Under the pieces are notes generated by a model. It saw only the letters and a list, made by a program, of their open reading frames with translations, searched no databases and was not told the origin of the DNA. From NCBI GenBank assembly GCA_002898395.1, contig BEHE01000001.1:91182-155181 (forward strand): DNA of 64,000 nucleotides, given 5' to 3'. The translations under genes were made by a program, and so were the position numbers. Source of the stretch: Candidatus Calditenuaceae archaeon HR02 (GTDB taxonomy: Archaea; Thermoproteota; Nitrososphaeria_A; Caldarchaeales; Calditenuaceae). This document shows, in pieces, positions 30,349-39,683 of this stretch. Each line of letters begins with the position of its first letter. The first letter of the stretch is position 1.

Positions 30349-30839
30349 TATCTAGGCCTAGACCCCTACAAGCGGCCAAGTAATGACTCCCACCATCAGC
30401 ATATACTGGATGCCTCCCAAACCTCTTGACAAGCTCCCTCAGGAACCTCTCAACTACCAGCTGGTTCCTAGTCCAAGATAGCCACATACCCAGTATCCTC
30501 CTCTCTAATGGCTCATATGCTATAAAGAACCAAGCACTAGAACCACCTATCCTAACCTCAGTATCATCTATCAGGAATAGTGATACCCTACATCTAGATG
30601 CGTAGACATTCCTAAACCCCTTAAGCCTCTTCTCCCAAAGCCAGACAGAAACATGACTCACCACGACGAAGGCTCTAAAGCCCTAGCCACCCCTCCTAAG
30701 ACTATTACCCAAATACCTGAGGTATAATGCATAGAGGACGACAGGCACCGGAGTCCCAGAGACCATCAAGAAAACCCATAAACAAAGAACAAGAAAACCA
30801 GGCCATAAACAAAACAATAAAACCAACTTAACGGACCCC
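30349..30839 (-). mobile_element. IS6-like element, copy 1 (5' part), interrupted by the IS110 element
   Basis: ORF 30329..30664 reads VSHVSVWLW..LIDDTEVRIGGSSAWFFIAYEPLERRILGMWLSWTRNQLVVERFLRELVKRFGRHPVYADGGSHY (DDE/IS6-like flow). Terminal repeat ccaacttaacggacccc at 30823-30839. The upstream HTH part (..LGGVARALEPSS) is in another frame. Family assignment is tentative. Confidence 0.55.
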
Positions 30840-30913
30840 ACTACCTCACCCTAAAGGTTGAAATATCATCACATGTAAATATATATACCCTCCTCGCAGT
30901 CAACATATATGCA

Positions 30914-31876
30914 ATGAAGTTAGGCATTTTTACCGTTCTCTTTAACGAAGAGCCGCTTGAGAAGGTCTTGAGGTATGTGTCAGGGTTGGGGTATGAGGCT
31001 GTTGAGCTTGCCGCTTGGCGTGGAAGTAATCACCTGAACATTGAGAAGGTATTGAATGGTGGTGCACAGGAGGTTAAGAGGCTTGTGGAGAAGTATAACA
31101 TGACCATTTCAGGTATCTCCAACCATTTAGAGGGGCAGCTGATACTCGGCCCCCACGACGCCTCGACTGACGCTTTTTTCAAGGGCTCTCCTGAAGAGAA
31201 GATCAAGTATGGTATTGAGAGGATGAAGAAGACGGCTGAGGCTGCGAAGCTGCTGGATGTCAATGTTGTGAACGGGTTTATTGGTTGTCCGAACTGGGGC
31301 GCCTGGTATATATTCCCAGCAGAGTATGAGAGAATTTACGAGGGTTATTTCACCCTCTTCGCGGAGCGTTGGGGGGAGATCTTAGACCATTTCGCAGCCA
31401 ACGGTGTCAGGTTTGCCCACGAGGTACATCCACAAGAGGTTGTATATAACATCGAGACTGCAGAACAGGCAATAAAAGCGGTGAATGGTAAGAGGGAGTT
31501 TGGATTCAACTTCGACCCAAGCCACCTCGTCTGGCAGCTCATAGACCCCGTGGTCTTCATTAAGCGGCTAGGCGACAGAATATACCATAGCCACGCGAAG
31601 GACGGCGAGCTTGTGAAGGAGAACCTGCCTGTCTCCGGCTCCATCCCGACAGGGTCTTGGACAAGGCCGACGAGGGGCTTCCGCTTCAGGATTCCCGGCT
31701 GGGGCGACGTCCCGTGGAAGAGAGTGATCACGGCACTGGCTGAAGTGGGCTACGACCACGTCCTAAGCTATGAGCATGAGGACCCTGTGATGAGTAGGGA
31801 GGATGGTGTTGAGAAGACTGCCGCCTTCCTAAAACCATTACTCATCAAGAAGCGGCTGGAAAAGGTCTGGTGGTAG
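30914..31876 (+). CDS. sugar phosphate isomerase/epimerase (xylose-isomerase-like TIM barrel)
   Basis: 320 aa with the AP_endonuc_2/IolE-like pattern (GYEAVEL.., HEVHP.., NFDPSHL.., HAKD.., SYEHED). Confidence 0.75.
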   Translation: MKLGIFTVLFNEEPLEKVLRYVSGLGYEAVELAAWRGSNHLNIEKVLNGGAQEVKRLVEKYNMTISGISNHLEGQLILGPHDASTDAFFKGSPEEKIKYGIERMKKTAEAAKLLDVNVVNGFIGCPNWGAWYIFPAEYERIYEGYFTLFAERWGEILDHFAANGVRFAHEVHPQEVVYNIETAEQAIKAVNGKREFGFNFDPSHLVWQLIDPVVFIKRLGDRIYHSHAKDGELVKENLPVSGSIPTGSWTRPTRGFRFRIPGWGDVPWKRVITALAEVGYDHVLSYEHEDPVMSREDGVEKTAAFLKPLLIKKRLEKVWW

Positions 31877-31894
31877 TCGGGGGAGGAGTTAGGA

Positions 31895-33034
31895 GTGGTT
31901 AGAGATATAGGCGTGGGTATGCTGGGCTACGCCTTCATGGGCAAGGCGCACAGTAATGCGTTTATCAAGATGCCGAGGATGATGCAGCAGGTCCCCGCCA
32001 TCCCGAAGCTCGTAGCCATCTATGGGCGGACAGAGTCGCAGGTGAAGGCAGCGGCTGAGCGTTTCGGATACGCGCGATACTACACCGACTGGCGCAAGGT
32101 TATACAGGACGCTGAAGTCGAACTCGTAGACAACGGTCTGCCAAACAATTTGCATAAAGACCCATGCATTGAGGCGGCTGAGCGGGGTAAGCACATCCTT
32201 TGCGAAAAGCCACTGGCTATGAATGCGAAAGAGGCGGAGGAGATGTATAGGGCGGTGGAGAAGGCGGGCGTCAAACATATGGTGGCGTTCAACTATAGGT
32301 TCGTCCCCGCAATAGTGCTGGCTAAACAACTAATCGAAAGGGGGGTGATAGGAAGAGTACTCCAGTTTAGGGGAGCGTATCTTCAGGACTGGATCATGGA
32401 CCCGTCCTTCCCCCTTGTCTGGAGGCTTAGGCGGGAGGTGGCTGGCAGCGGCGCACTAGGCGACCTAGGCTCCCACGTGTTTGACCTGGCCCGCTACTTG
32501 GTGGGTGAGATTGAGGCGGTGATGGGTATGGCTAAGACCTTCATAGAGGAGAGACCGCTTCCCGAGAACCCCTCGCAAAGAGGCAGGGTTACTGTTGATG
32601 ACGCATTCATATCTCTCGTCAAGTTCAAGAATGGCGCTATAGGCTCTGTAGAGGCGACTCGGTTCGGGGCGGGCTGCAAGAACCTCCTAAGGGTGGAGAT
32701 CCACGGCTCTGAGGGAACGCTCGTATTCAACTTGGAGAGGCTTAACGAGCTTGAGTTATTTGAGAGGCGGGGTGATGCTGAGACGCAGGGGTATAGAAGG
32801 ATACTTGTTACGGAGCAGGCCCATCCCTACATCGCTAACTGGTGGCCACCAGGACACATAATCGGCTGGGAGCACACCTTCGTCCACGAGATACACCACT
32901 TCATAGACTGCATAGTGAATGACAAGCCGGTCGCACCGATGGGAGCCACATTCCTCGATGGTCTCAGGAACAACCAGATACTCGACGCCGTCCTAAGATC
33001 TGCGGAGACTGGGCGCTGGGAGCAGATACCATAA
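31895..33034 (+). CDS. Gfo/Idh/MocA-family oxidoreductase
   Basis: 379 aa with IGVGMLGYAFMGKAH Rossmann and the CEKPLA motif. Confidence 0.8.
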   Translation: MVRDIGVGMLGYAFMGKAHSNAFIKMPRMMQQVPAIPKLVAIYGRTESQVKAAAERFGYARYYTDWRKVIQDAEVELVDNGLPNNLHKDPCIEAAERGKHILCEKPLAMNAKEAEEMYRAVEKAGVKHMVAFNYRFVPAIVLAKQLIERGVIGRVLQFRGAYLQDWIMDPSFPLVWRLRREVAGSGALGDLGSHVFDLARYLVGEIEAVMGMAKTFIEERPLPENPSQRGRVTVDDAFISLVKFKNGAIGSVEATRFGAGCKNLLRVEIHGSEGTLVFNLERLNELELFERRGDAETQGYRRILVTEQAHPYIANWWPPGHIIGWEHTFVHEIHHFIDCIVNDKPVAPMGATFLDGLRNNQILDAVLRSAETGRWEQIP

Positions 33035-33053
33035 AGCACCTAGACCAGGTCAC

Positions 33054-33761
33054 CTATAGTCTGTCCTGATAGGATAGTCCTAGCACGCTCCTAAGGAGCT
33101 GCTGGCTCTCCGCTAGCCTGTCGCGCATAATAATTCCCGCAATTTCTCCATCCATCATAAGCGCGATCCTGTCTGCCAGCTGAAAGACTAGGGCTGGGTT
33201 CTGTTCAGCAATTATTGCCGATGCACCACGACCGGTGAACCTCTTAACAACCTCCACTATCCGCCGGACCATAGGAGGGGCTAGTCCTGTGGCAGGCTCG
33301 TCCATCACGAAGAGCTTGGGCCTCGAAGCCAAGGCCCTCGCAACCGCAAGTATCTGCTGCTCACCGCCACTGAGCTCGCCCCCCCTCCTATACCTGAGGG
33401 GCTCGAGCTCGGGGAATAGCCTGAACGCCTCCCTCAAGATCTCTCCGTTTAGCCCTTCCGCCAACCTTAGATTCTCCTCGACAGTCAGCCTCGTGAATAT
33501 GCTTCTGTCTTGGGGGACATATCCAACTCCTAGACGCGATATCGCGTGAGGGGGCCAGCCAGTAACATCTAAACCATCTATTACTATCCTTCCACTCACA
33601 GGCCTTATATGTCCTACGACCGTCTTCAGCAGTGTAGTCTTACCCACCCCATTTCTACCCACTACAAACAGCACCTCACCCTTCTCAACCTTAAGGGAGA
33701 CGCCCCTCACAATCTCGATTCCAGAGTAGCCGGACACCAGCCTGCTTATCTCCAGCATCAA
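33054..33761 (-). CDS. livF: branched-chain amino acid-type ABC transporter ATP-binding protein (LivF-like)
   Basis: Walker A GRNGVGKTT, signature LSGGEQQ, Walker B LFVMDEP. Confidence 0.8.
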   Translation of the reverse strand: MMLEISRLVSGYSGIEIVRGVSLKVEKGEVLFVVGRNGVGKTTLLKTVVGHIRPVSGRIVIDGLDVTGWPPHAISRLGVGYVPQDRSIFTRLTVEENLRLAEGLNGEILREAFRLFPELEPLRYRRGGELSGGEQQILAVARALASRPKLFVMDEPATGLAPPMVRRIVEVVKRFTGRGASAIIAEQNPALVFQLADRIALMMDGEIAGIIMRDRLAESQQLLRSVLGLSYQDRL

Positions 33762-34474
33762 GCCCCTCCTCTCAGATACACCTCTTCGATCTTCTCCGCG
33801 ACCCAGCTGTCCCTAGGGCTGCCCAGCGCCAAAATCCTCCCGCGATGCATGACAGCGATCCTCGGAGATAGTGAGGCCACGAAGTCGACTCTATGGTCGA
33901 TGACGATTATCGAAATCTTCTCTCCCAGGCTTTTAAGAGCCTCCGTAAGGGTGTTCACCTCTAGGCCGGTTAGGCCTTGGGTAGGCTCATCCATCACCAG
34001 CAGTCGCGGCTGGGAAAGGAGGGCCATACTTATCTCCACTAGTCTAATCTGGCCATGTGAGAGCTGGGAGGGCTTGAGCTGCAAAACGGGCTGCAGGCCC
34101 AGCAACTCCGCCGTCTCTAAGATCTGCCGCCTCGGGTCCGTGTCTGCTCTGTGGAGCACAGCCAGTTCTAGGTTCTCGTAGACTGTGAGGGAGGGGAAGG
34201 CCCGCGGTATCTGGTGGGTGTTGGCTATTCCTAGGCGGGCCCTCTTCCTCATCGGAAGGCCGGTTATCTCTCTTCCTAGGAAGAATATTCTGCCGCTGTC
34301 TGGCCTGAGGGAGCCTACAATGACCCCGGCTAATGTGGACTTGCCCGCGCCGTTTGGGCCAATTACACCAAGTATCCCCGTATCACTTAATTCTAGGGAG
34401 ACCTCTGCAAGGGCTTGGACACCATCAAAGGACTTTGAGACGCTTTGGAGTGAGAGGAGAGGTCTAGGCTGCAC
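33758..34474 (-). CDS. livG: branched-chain amino acid-type ABC transporter ATP-binding protein (LivG-like)
   Basis: Walker A GPNGAGKST, signature-like LSHGQIR, Walker B LLVMDEP. 4-nt overlaps with both neighbouring genes. Confidence 0.8.
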   Translation of the reverse strand: MQPRPLLSLQSVSKSFDGVQALAEVSLELSDTGILGVIGPNGAGKSTLAGVIVGSLRPDSGRIFFLGREITGLPMRKRARLGIANTHQIPRAFPSLTVYENLELAVLHRADTDPRRQILETAELLGLQPVLQLKPSQLSHGQIRLVEISMALLSQPRLLVMDEPTQGLTGLEVNTLTEALKSLGEKISIIVIDHRVDFVASLSPRIAVMHRGRILALGSPRDSWVAEKIEEVYLRGGA

Positions 34475-35423
34475 GACTCCTCCACCTCGCCATTAGCTGG
34501 TAGGCCCACCGAAGCCTGCCAGTCGCGAGGGCGAAGGCTACGAGACCAGCCCCCACAACCAGCACATGCCCCCTCAGGAGAGCCCGCGCAGCATCTGCCA
34601 ACAAGTTCACCAAGAGACATCCGAGAAACGGTCCAAACTCCACGTAGGGGCCGCCCACAAGAACCCAGAGGACGGGCTCCACCGAGTTAAGGACCCCCGC
34701 ATACCCAGCCCCCACGTAGCCGTAGAGAAGAGCTATCAGGGAGCCGGAAGCCCCGGACAAGGCGCCAGAGATCGAGAAGGCTAGTAGTTTGAGGAGTGAG
34801 GTGTTGTAGCCCAGGCTCTCAAGCTTCTCCTCATCATCTCTAACAGCTAGCAGCAAGCGTCCTAGACGCGAGGAGGTGAGGAGAGTTATGCCGACCACCG
34901 CGACAGTTAATGCGAGTAGTGAGGCTACATACCGGGCATCCAGCTCAGAGAGTAGGGGTTTGAGGGCTCTTACGATGGTGGCCTCGCCTCTCAGGACCAG
35001 CCCCTGCTCACCACCGGTTATATCGTTAAAGTGCAGTGCTGCCAGGTATAGTGTCTGCGAAGCGAGCAGGGTTCCTATCATCAGGTAGTGCCCCCCGACA
35101 CGCATAGCGAGTACCCCCAAAAGCATAGAGAGCAGCACCGAAGATGCGACACCAACAGACAGTGCTGGGAAGGGGTCTGGCGAGACGTAAAAGGCGTAGA
35201 AACCCGCGCCATACATACCGGCTGCGAAGAGAGCCGCGTGTCCCAGACTCATAACACCGATCATCTGGAAGCACACTGCATAGCCGTAGGAATATATGGA
35301 CAGTATCAGGACACGGGACATGAGGGCTTTTTGATAATCTGGAAGGGCCGGGTAGGCCGCAGCTAGGATAACCGGTATTATGAGCGCTGCTATATTGGTG
35401 GGGCGCGGTCTCAATACCTCCAC
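34464..35423 (-). CDS. livM: Liv-type ABC transporter permease (LivM-like)
   Basis: 319 aa, polytopic, sitting between livH-like and livG-like genes. Confidence 0.75.
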   Translation of the reverse strand: MEVLRPRPTNIAALIIPVILAAAYPALPDYQKALMSRVLILSIYSYGYAVCFQMIGVMSLGHAALFAAGMYGAGFYAFYVSPDPFPALSVGVASSVLLSMLLGVLAMRVGGHYLMIGTLLASQTLYLAALHFNDITGGEQGLVLRGEATIVRALKPLLSELDARYVASLLALTVAVVGITLLTSSRLGRLLLAVRDDEEKLESLGYNTSLLKLLAFSISGALSGASGSLIALLYGYVGAGYAGVLNSVEPVLWVLVGGPYVEFGPFLGCLLVNLLADAARALLRGHVLVVGAGLVAFALATGRLRWAYQLMARWRSRAA

Positions 35424-36280
35424 ACCCCCTTAACAGAGCCCAGCCTCCTAGCCACGATGTATATCAGGGCCAGAGTTAGGGTCAGGACCCTTGCTACTGT
35501 AGGTGCGAGGAATAGGGCGGCTAGGCTCTCAAGCAGGCCCAGCGCAACACCTGCCGCAATTGTCCCACCGATCCTCCCCACACCCCCTAAAACCACTACC
35601 ACGAACGACATGGCTAGGGCGTCAAACCCCATGAGGAAGTGTATCTGCCTGAAGGGGGAGGTTAGAGCACCGGCTAACCCCACTAGCGAGCCGGCCAGGA
35701 CGAAACCGATCATAAACACTCTGCTAGTGTTTATTCCTAGGGACTCCGCCATCAGCCTATTCTCTTGAGCAGCCCTCAGGAGCGGCCCAATCCTGCTCCG
35801 CTCAACACCAATCCAGACTAGAAGAGAGGCTGCTAGCGAGATCATCCCTGCCAAGAGCTTGAAGCCCGAGTAACTGAAGCCTGAGAACTCGATGATGGGG
35901 TTGAAAGGGGGTGGAATAGAGCGCGGCGCAGGCCCCAAGACGGCCAAGCCCACCTGCTGCATAATGAGGAGGAGCCCAAAAGTTGCTAGGACCGTTTGAC
36001 CAGGCTCATGCTCAAACCTCTGGAGGATGAGCATGTTTATAACCACAGCTAACCCTCCAACGAGAAGAGGCGCGACGACTAGGGCGGACGCATAGGGGAG
36101 AGCAGCCTGTACTAGGAGCCAACTTATCATTGCGCCGAACATGTATAGCTCGCCGTGTGTCAGGTTCACGACATTCATTATGCCGAATACTATAGCGAGT
36201 CCTAGGGCTATGAATGCTATAACTGAGCCGTTGACTAGTCCGTCGACTACCGCCAGCCCCAGATTCTCTGAGGGGAACAA
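35411..36280 (-). CDS. livH: Liv-type ABC transporter permease (LivH-like)
   Basis: 289 aa, polytopic (VNLTHGELYMFGAM is typical of LivH). Confidence 0.75.
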   Translation of the reverse strand: MFPSENLGLAVVDGLVNGSVIAFIALGLAIVFGIMNVVNLTHGELYMFGAMISWLLVQAALPYASALVVAPLLVGGLAVVINMLILQRFEHEPGQTVLATFGLLLIMQQVGLAVLGPAPRSIPPPFNPIIEFSGFSYSGFKLLAGMISLAASLLVWIGVERSRIGPLLRAAQENRLMAESLGINTSRVFMIGFVLAGSLVGLAGALTSPFRQIHFLMGFDALAMSFVVVVLGGVGRIGGTIAAGVALGLLESLAALFLAPTVARVLTLTLALIYIVARRLGSVKGVWRY

Positions 36281-36282
36281 TT

Positions 36283-37599
36283 CTAGAACAATGGCTGCTT
36301 AGTATAATCGTTCGGATGCTCGTATACTGAGTCCTCTATCTCAGTCCTATGGACAACCACTAATCTGCCATTCTTAACAAGTGATATGAATTGGTGCCCA
36401 AAGGATTGGTGTAGCCTACCGTTGAAGAGCTTGTCTCCTTGGGGGTGCCAGAGACCCTCGTTGAACCAGTCCATTGACTCGAGAGTCTTGATGAACACCT
36501 CATAGTCGCTACGAGTAGGCTCGCTGTAGCCGCTCTGCTCCACAACCTCCTTAATCGCGAAGAGAGTCTCCCAGACCCCGAACATGTGGCTGAAGGCGGA
36601 GACCCGGGAAGGGTCTGACTTGTCGGCGCCACTCTCGTCAACCCCAACAGCTTCCCTATAGAACCTTGCAAAGGGGGTATCGTAGCCGTCAGCATACCGC
36701 GGGAACGCCTCCCAGAAATAGGTCCCCTCAAGATACTCCAACCCCGGAGCTGAGAGCGGAACGGCCTCAATGCTATCTATAAACCCGAACAACTCAGGCC
36801 TCTCACGCCCAAGATAGACGCCCAGCTCCCTGATAAAAGTAAGCACGTCTCCAACCATCACGTGGTAGAGCACATCAACGTCCCTAGGAATTCTGGTAAA
36901 GTATTTCGTAAAGCTTGTCTCACCCGGCGGGATGGGAATCTTCTCAACAATCCTCGCACCATATCTCTCAGCAGCCTTAGTTAGTGCATCTCTGTGGTCA
37001 TGCCCAAAAGCATAATCCGGATAAATCATGGCAACCCTATTTCCCAAGTTCTCGAAGATCCACTTGGCCACGGCAGTCACTTGGCCGGGGACATCTGTTA
37101 TGCCTGGCTGAAAGCACCACCTGTTTAGTTTCCCAAAAGGCACGTGTGTCCCTTCACTTACCGCAAAATAAGGCCTCTTTAGCTCACCAGCCCTAGGGCC
37201 GGACGCAAGAACTACGTCCGAGAAGAGAGCCCCGAGGATAAAGTCTACATTGTGGGCTAGCACAAGCCTCTCAACAACCTGTGCACCCTTTGCTGGACTC
37301 GTTTCGTCATCCTCCGCTATGAGCTCAACCGGGCGCCCAGATATACCGCCAGTCCTGTTAATGTAGGAGACCGCGGCGTTGGCCACTCGCTCATACCAGA
37401 AACCATAAGGCGCTCCAATCCCAGTTCTATGAACTTGAAATCCGATCTTGATGGGTTTCACGCCCAACTCGCGTCCCTGCGGAGACTGCCCTCCAAAAGA
37501 GCTACCAGCCATGTAGCCGGTAACAGCTCCCAGGCCCGCCGCACCAACGGCCACAATGCCTGTCTTTAGTAGACTTGAGAGAGCCTGCCGTCGATTCAA
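36283..37599 (-). CDS. Liv-type (type I periplasmic) substrate-binding protein with Tat-like signal
   Basis: 438 aa. N-terminus MNRRQALSSLLKTGIVAVGAAGLGA (twin-arginine-like). First gene of the five-gene transporter operon. Confidence 0.75.
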   Translation of the reverse strand: MNRRQALSSLLKTGIVAVGAAGLGAVTGYMAGSSFGGQSPQGRELGVKPIKIGFQVHRTGIGAPYGFWYERVANAAVSYINRTGGISGRPVELIAEDDETSPAKGAQVVERLVLAHNVDFILGALFSDVVLASGPRAGELKRPYFAVSEGTHVPFGKLNRWCFQPGITDVPGQVTAVAKWIFENLGNRVAMIYPDYAFGHDHRDALTKAAERYGARIVEKIPIPPGETSFTKYFTRIPRDVDVLYHVMVGDVLTFIRELGVYLGRERPELFGFIDSIEAVPLSAPGLEYLEGTYFWEAFPRYADGYDTPFARFYREAVGVDESGADKSDPSRVSAFSHMFGVWETLFAIKEVVEQSGYSEPTRSDYEVFIKTLESMDWFNEGLWHPQGDKLFNGRLHQSFGHQFISLVKNGRLVVVHRTEIEDSVYEHPNDYTKQPLF

Positions 37600-37740
37600 T
37601 TCCAGCCAAGTAGGTGACGAAACCGTTTTTTATAGCTAACGAAACTGGCAAAAAATGATTCAAAACATGACTCAGCTGTAAAATTGACCGTAATACCCAA
37701 AATTGATAAGCCACTCTATAAAAGATAATGTCAGGACGAC

Positions 37741-38775
37741 ATGGGGATCATAGTCAAGGTCTATGGGCGCAGCTCTGGGATAAGGCATGAGGTTGAAGAA
37801 GTTCTGAGGGATAAGCTACAAAATGTTAAAGTTTGTGAGTCTCTCGCGGATGTTGGGTTTGAGAGGGGGGACATACTTATAGTTGTTGGTGATGATAAGG
37901 ATGTTCTCCAGGCACTACACACAGTCAGCGACAGGGATGTGAGAGTCTTGGCGGTCAGCCGCGAGGCCACGCGAGGATTCCTATCTCAAGTTATGCTTGA
38001 CGAGCTTCCGGATGCATTGGAAAGGATTGAGAGGGGCCAGTTTATGACTGAGAGTCTTACGGCGCTGAGGGTGATGGTCGACGACCGAAACGTTGCTACG
38101 GCCGTAAATGAGGCAGCACTCTTTTCGCAGATAAGCGCTACTCTCGTGGAGTATAGTCTGTACGTGGATGGGGAGCTCCTCTGGCGCGACCTAGCCGACG
38201 GCCTTATAGTTTCCACCCCCTTAGGCTCGAGTGGATACTCCCTCTCAGCGGGAGGACCATTGATACATCATGCAGCCAAAGCACTAGCGGTTGTTCCGGT
38301 AAACTCGATAGACATGACGCGTAGACCATTAATCATAGGAGATAAATCTGATATATCTGTAGAGAACATATCGTCGAGGGGAGGGGCGGAGGTTATAGTT
38401 GACGGGCTTCTCCGCGTCCCCGTTGAGGAGAGTCTCACAATCAAAGCATATGAGCCACCCATCAGATTCATTAGGCTGAACGGCCCTTCCCCCATATTCA
38501 GCAAGATTGAAAAGAAGATACACCTAGCCGAGGAGTTGTTGGACACCCCTCCATCAGCGAAACTCATACTGAAGACAATAGAGTATGAGGGGCCACTAAC
38601 TTACTCCCAGCTCCTCAAAAAGACCATGCTACCAGAGAGAACACTCCGCCACGCACTCAACATACTGGTCTCTAAGAGGCTTCTCGCTCGTAGACCACTC
38701 ACAAGAGATGCGAGACAGAAGATATATTATATTCCCGAGAGTAATCAGGCTGGAGAGCTGAAAACAACAGGGTGA
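37741..38775 (+). CDS. NAD kinase-like protein fused to a C-terminal winged-helix domain
   Basis: 344 aa. NAD-kinase blocks AVNEAAL and DGLIVSTPLGSSGYSLSAGGPLI are present, but the GGDGT motif reads VVGDDKDV. The last ~80 aa (LILKTIEYEGPLTYSQLLKKTMLPERTLRHALNILVSKRLLARR) look MarR/wHTH-like. Confidence 0.65.
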   Translation: MGIIVKVYGRSSGIRHEVEEVLRDKLQNVKVCESLADVGFERGDILIVVGDDKDVLQALHTVSDRDVRVLAVSREATRGFLSQVMLDELPDALERIERGQFMTESLTALRVMVDDRNVATAVNEAALFSQISATLVEYSLYVDGELLWRDLADGLIVSTPLGSSGYSLSAGGPLIHHAAKALAVVPVNSIDMTRRPLIIGDKSDISVENISSRGGAEVIVDGLLRVPVEESLTIKAYEPPIRFIRLNGPSPIFSKIEKKIHLAEELLDTPPSAKLILKTIEYEGPLTYSQLLKKTMLPERTLRHALNILVSKRLLARRPLTRDARQKIYYIPESNQAGELKTTG

Positions 38776-38782
38776 GCATGTT

Positions 38783-39289
38783 TTGGATGATGGGCTGAGA
38801 GATCTTACGGCGAGGCAGGAGGGTCTGAAGGCCTTCATGAGACTATATCCTCAGGGAGTGACTGTTGTCACGACCTGGGTCGGCGACCGTGCTTACGGCA
38901 TGACTGTTAGCTCCTTCACCTCAGTATCTATGAACCCGCCTCTAGTTTTGATAGCCATAGATAGGTCGGCCAATTCCTACAAGGCCTTCACGGAAGCCCA
39001 AATGTTCGCAATACACATTCTCTCCAGCAGCCAAGCACTGCTGAGCGAGATATTCGCTGGTAGGCAGAAAAACCACGACAAATTTAAGGATGTTAACTAC
39101 AAGGAAGGGCCTGAGAAAGTTCCACTCCTCAACGACACTTTGGCATATTTGGTCTGCAGGAGATACAGGATTTACGAGGCTGGGGACCATGATCTAATAA
39201 TCTGTGAAGTTCTGGATGTTGTTATAAAGAATCCGGACCTCAAACCGCTGATATATAGGAATAGGGCATATACTACCGTCGCTAGTTGA
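38783..39289 (+). CDS. flavin reductase-like FMN-binding protein
   Basis: 168 aa, split-barrel flavin reductase pattern (FMRLYPQGVTVVTT.., GMTVSSFTSVSMNPPLVLIAIDRS). Confidence 0.75.
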   Translation: MDDGLRDLTARQEGLKAFMRLYPQGVTVVTTWVGDRAYGMTVSSFTSVSMNPPLVLIAIDRSANSYKAFTEAQMFAIHILSSSQALLSEIFAGRQKNHDKFKDVNYKEGPEKVPLLNDTLAYLVCRRYRIYEAGDHDLIICEVLDVVIKNPDLKPLIYRNRAYTTVAS

Positions 39290-39327
39290 GGTAAAGGCTA
39301 AATCAACGCTTATGAAATACCTTAGGT

Positions 39328-39388
39328 GTGATGAGACCGACCTGCGCTGAGGGCTTCCTGCCCAGTGAAGAGCATGTCTCCTCTCTGA
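39328..39388 (+). ncRNA. candidate C/D box sRNA (2'-O-methylation guide)
   Basis: C box GTGATGA at 39328-39334. A 12-nt guide follows at 39335-39346. D' box CTGA at 39347-39350. A spacer able to form a GGGC/GCCC hairpin at 39351-39364. C' box GTGAAGA at 39365-39371. A 13-nt guide, then D box CTGA at 39385-39388. The element lies in a 121-nt intergenic gap. The D' guide pairs with 10 contiguous nt of this window's own 16S (5875-5884). Confidence 0.55.
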
Positions 39389-39410
39389 GAACTTTAGGGT
39401 GTAGTGTGGC

Positions 39411-39683
39411 TTGATTGTTCAACTCTATGGACACCTCCGCGCAGAGGCAAAGAGCCGCCTCATAGAGGTTAGACTTGGCGGGAGAGTGCCCCTCAAAGCC
39501 GCGTTAAAGCTCCTCCCCGACCCGGTCAGGCACCAGGTCCTAGACGAGCGCGGAGAAATCATTACTGGGCTCCTAATCCTCGTGAACGATGTAGATGCAC
39601 GCACAGTCTACAGATACGAGGTGGAGGTTTCTGACGATGACAGGGTCACTATTGTGCCAATGATCCATGGTGGCTGTGATTAG
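39411..39683 (+). CDS. MoaD/ThiS-family ubiquitin-like protein (SAMP/Urm1-like)
   Basis: 90 aa of beta-grasp size. The C-terminus reads ..VTIVPMIHGGCD, a diglycine followed by two extra residues. TTG start. Confidence 0.6.
   Translation: MIVQLYGHLRAEAKSRLIEVRLGGRVPLKAALKLLPDPVRHQVLDERGEIITGLLILVNDVDARTVYRYEVEVSDDDRVTIVPMIHGGCD

Noticed and set aside
25902-30900. cas1, cas2, cas4, cas6 or effector-complex genes next to the CRISPR array.
   Set aside because: None of the ORFs in or around the array shows Cas motifs apart from the csx1-like gene. The flanks are MITEs and IS remnants. The array is therefore called orphan within this window only.
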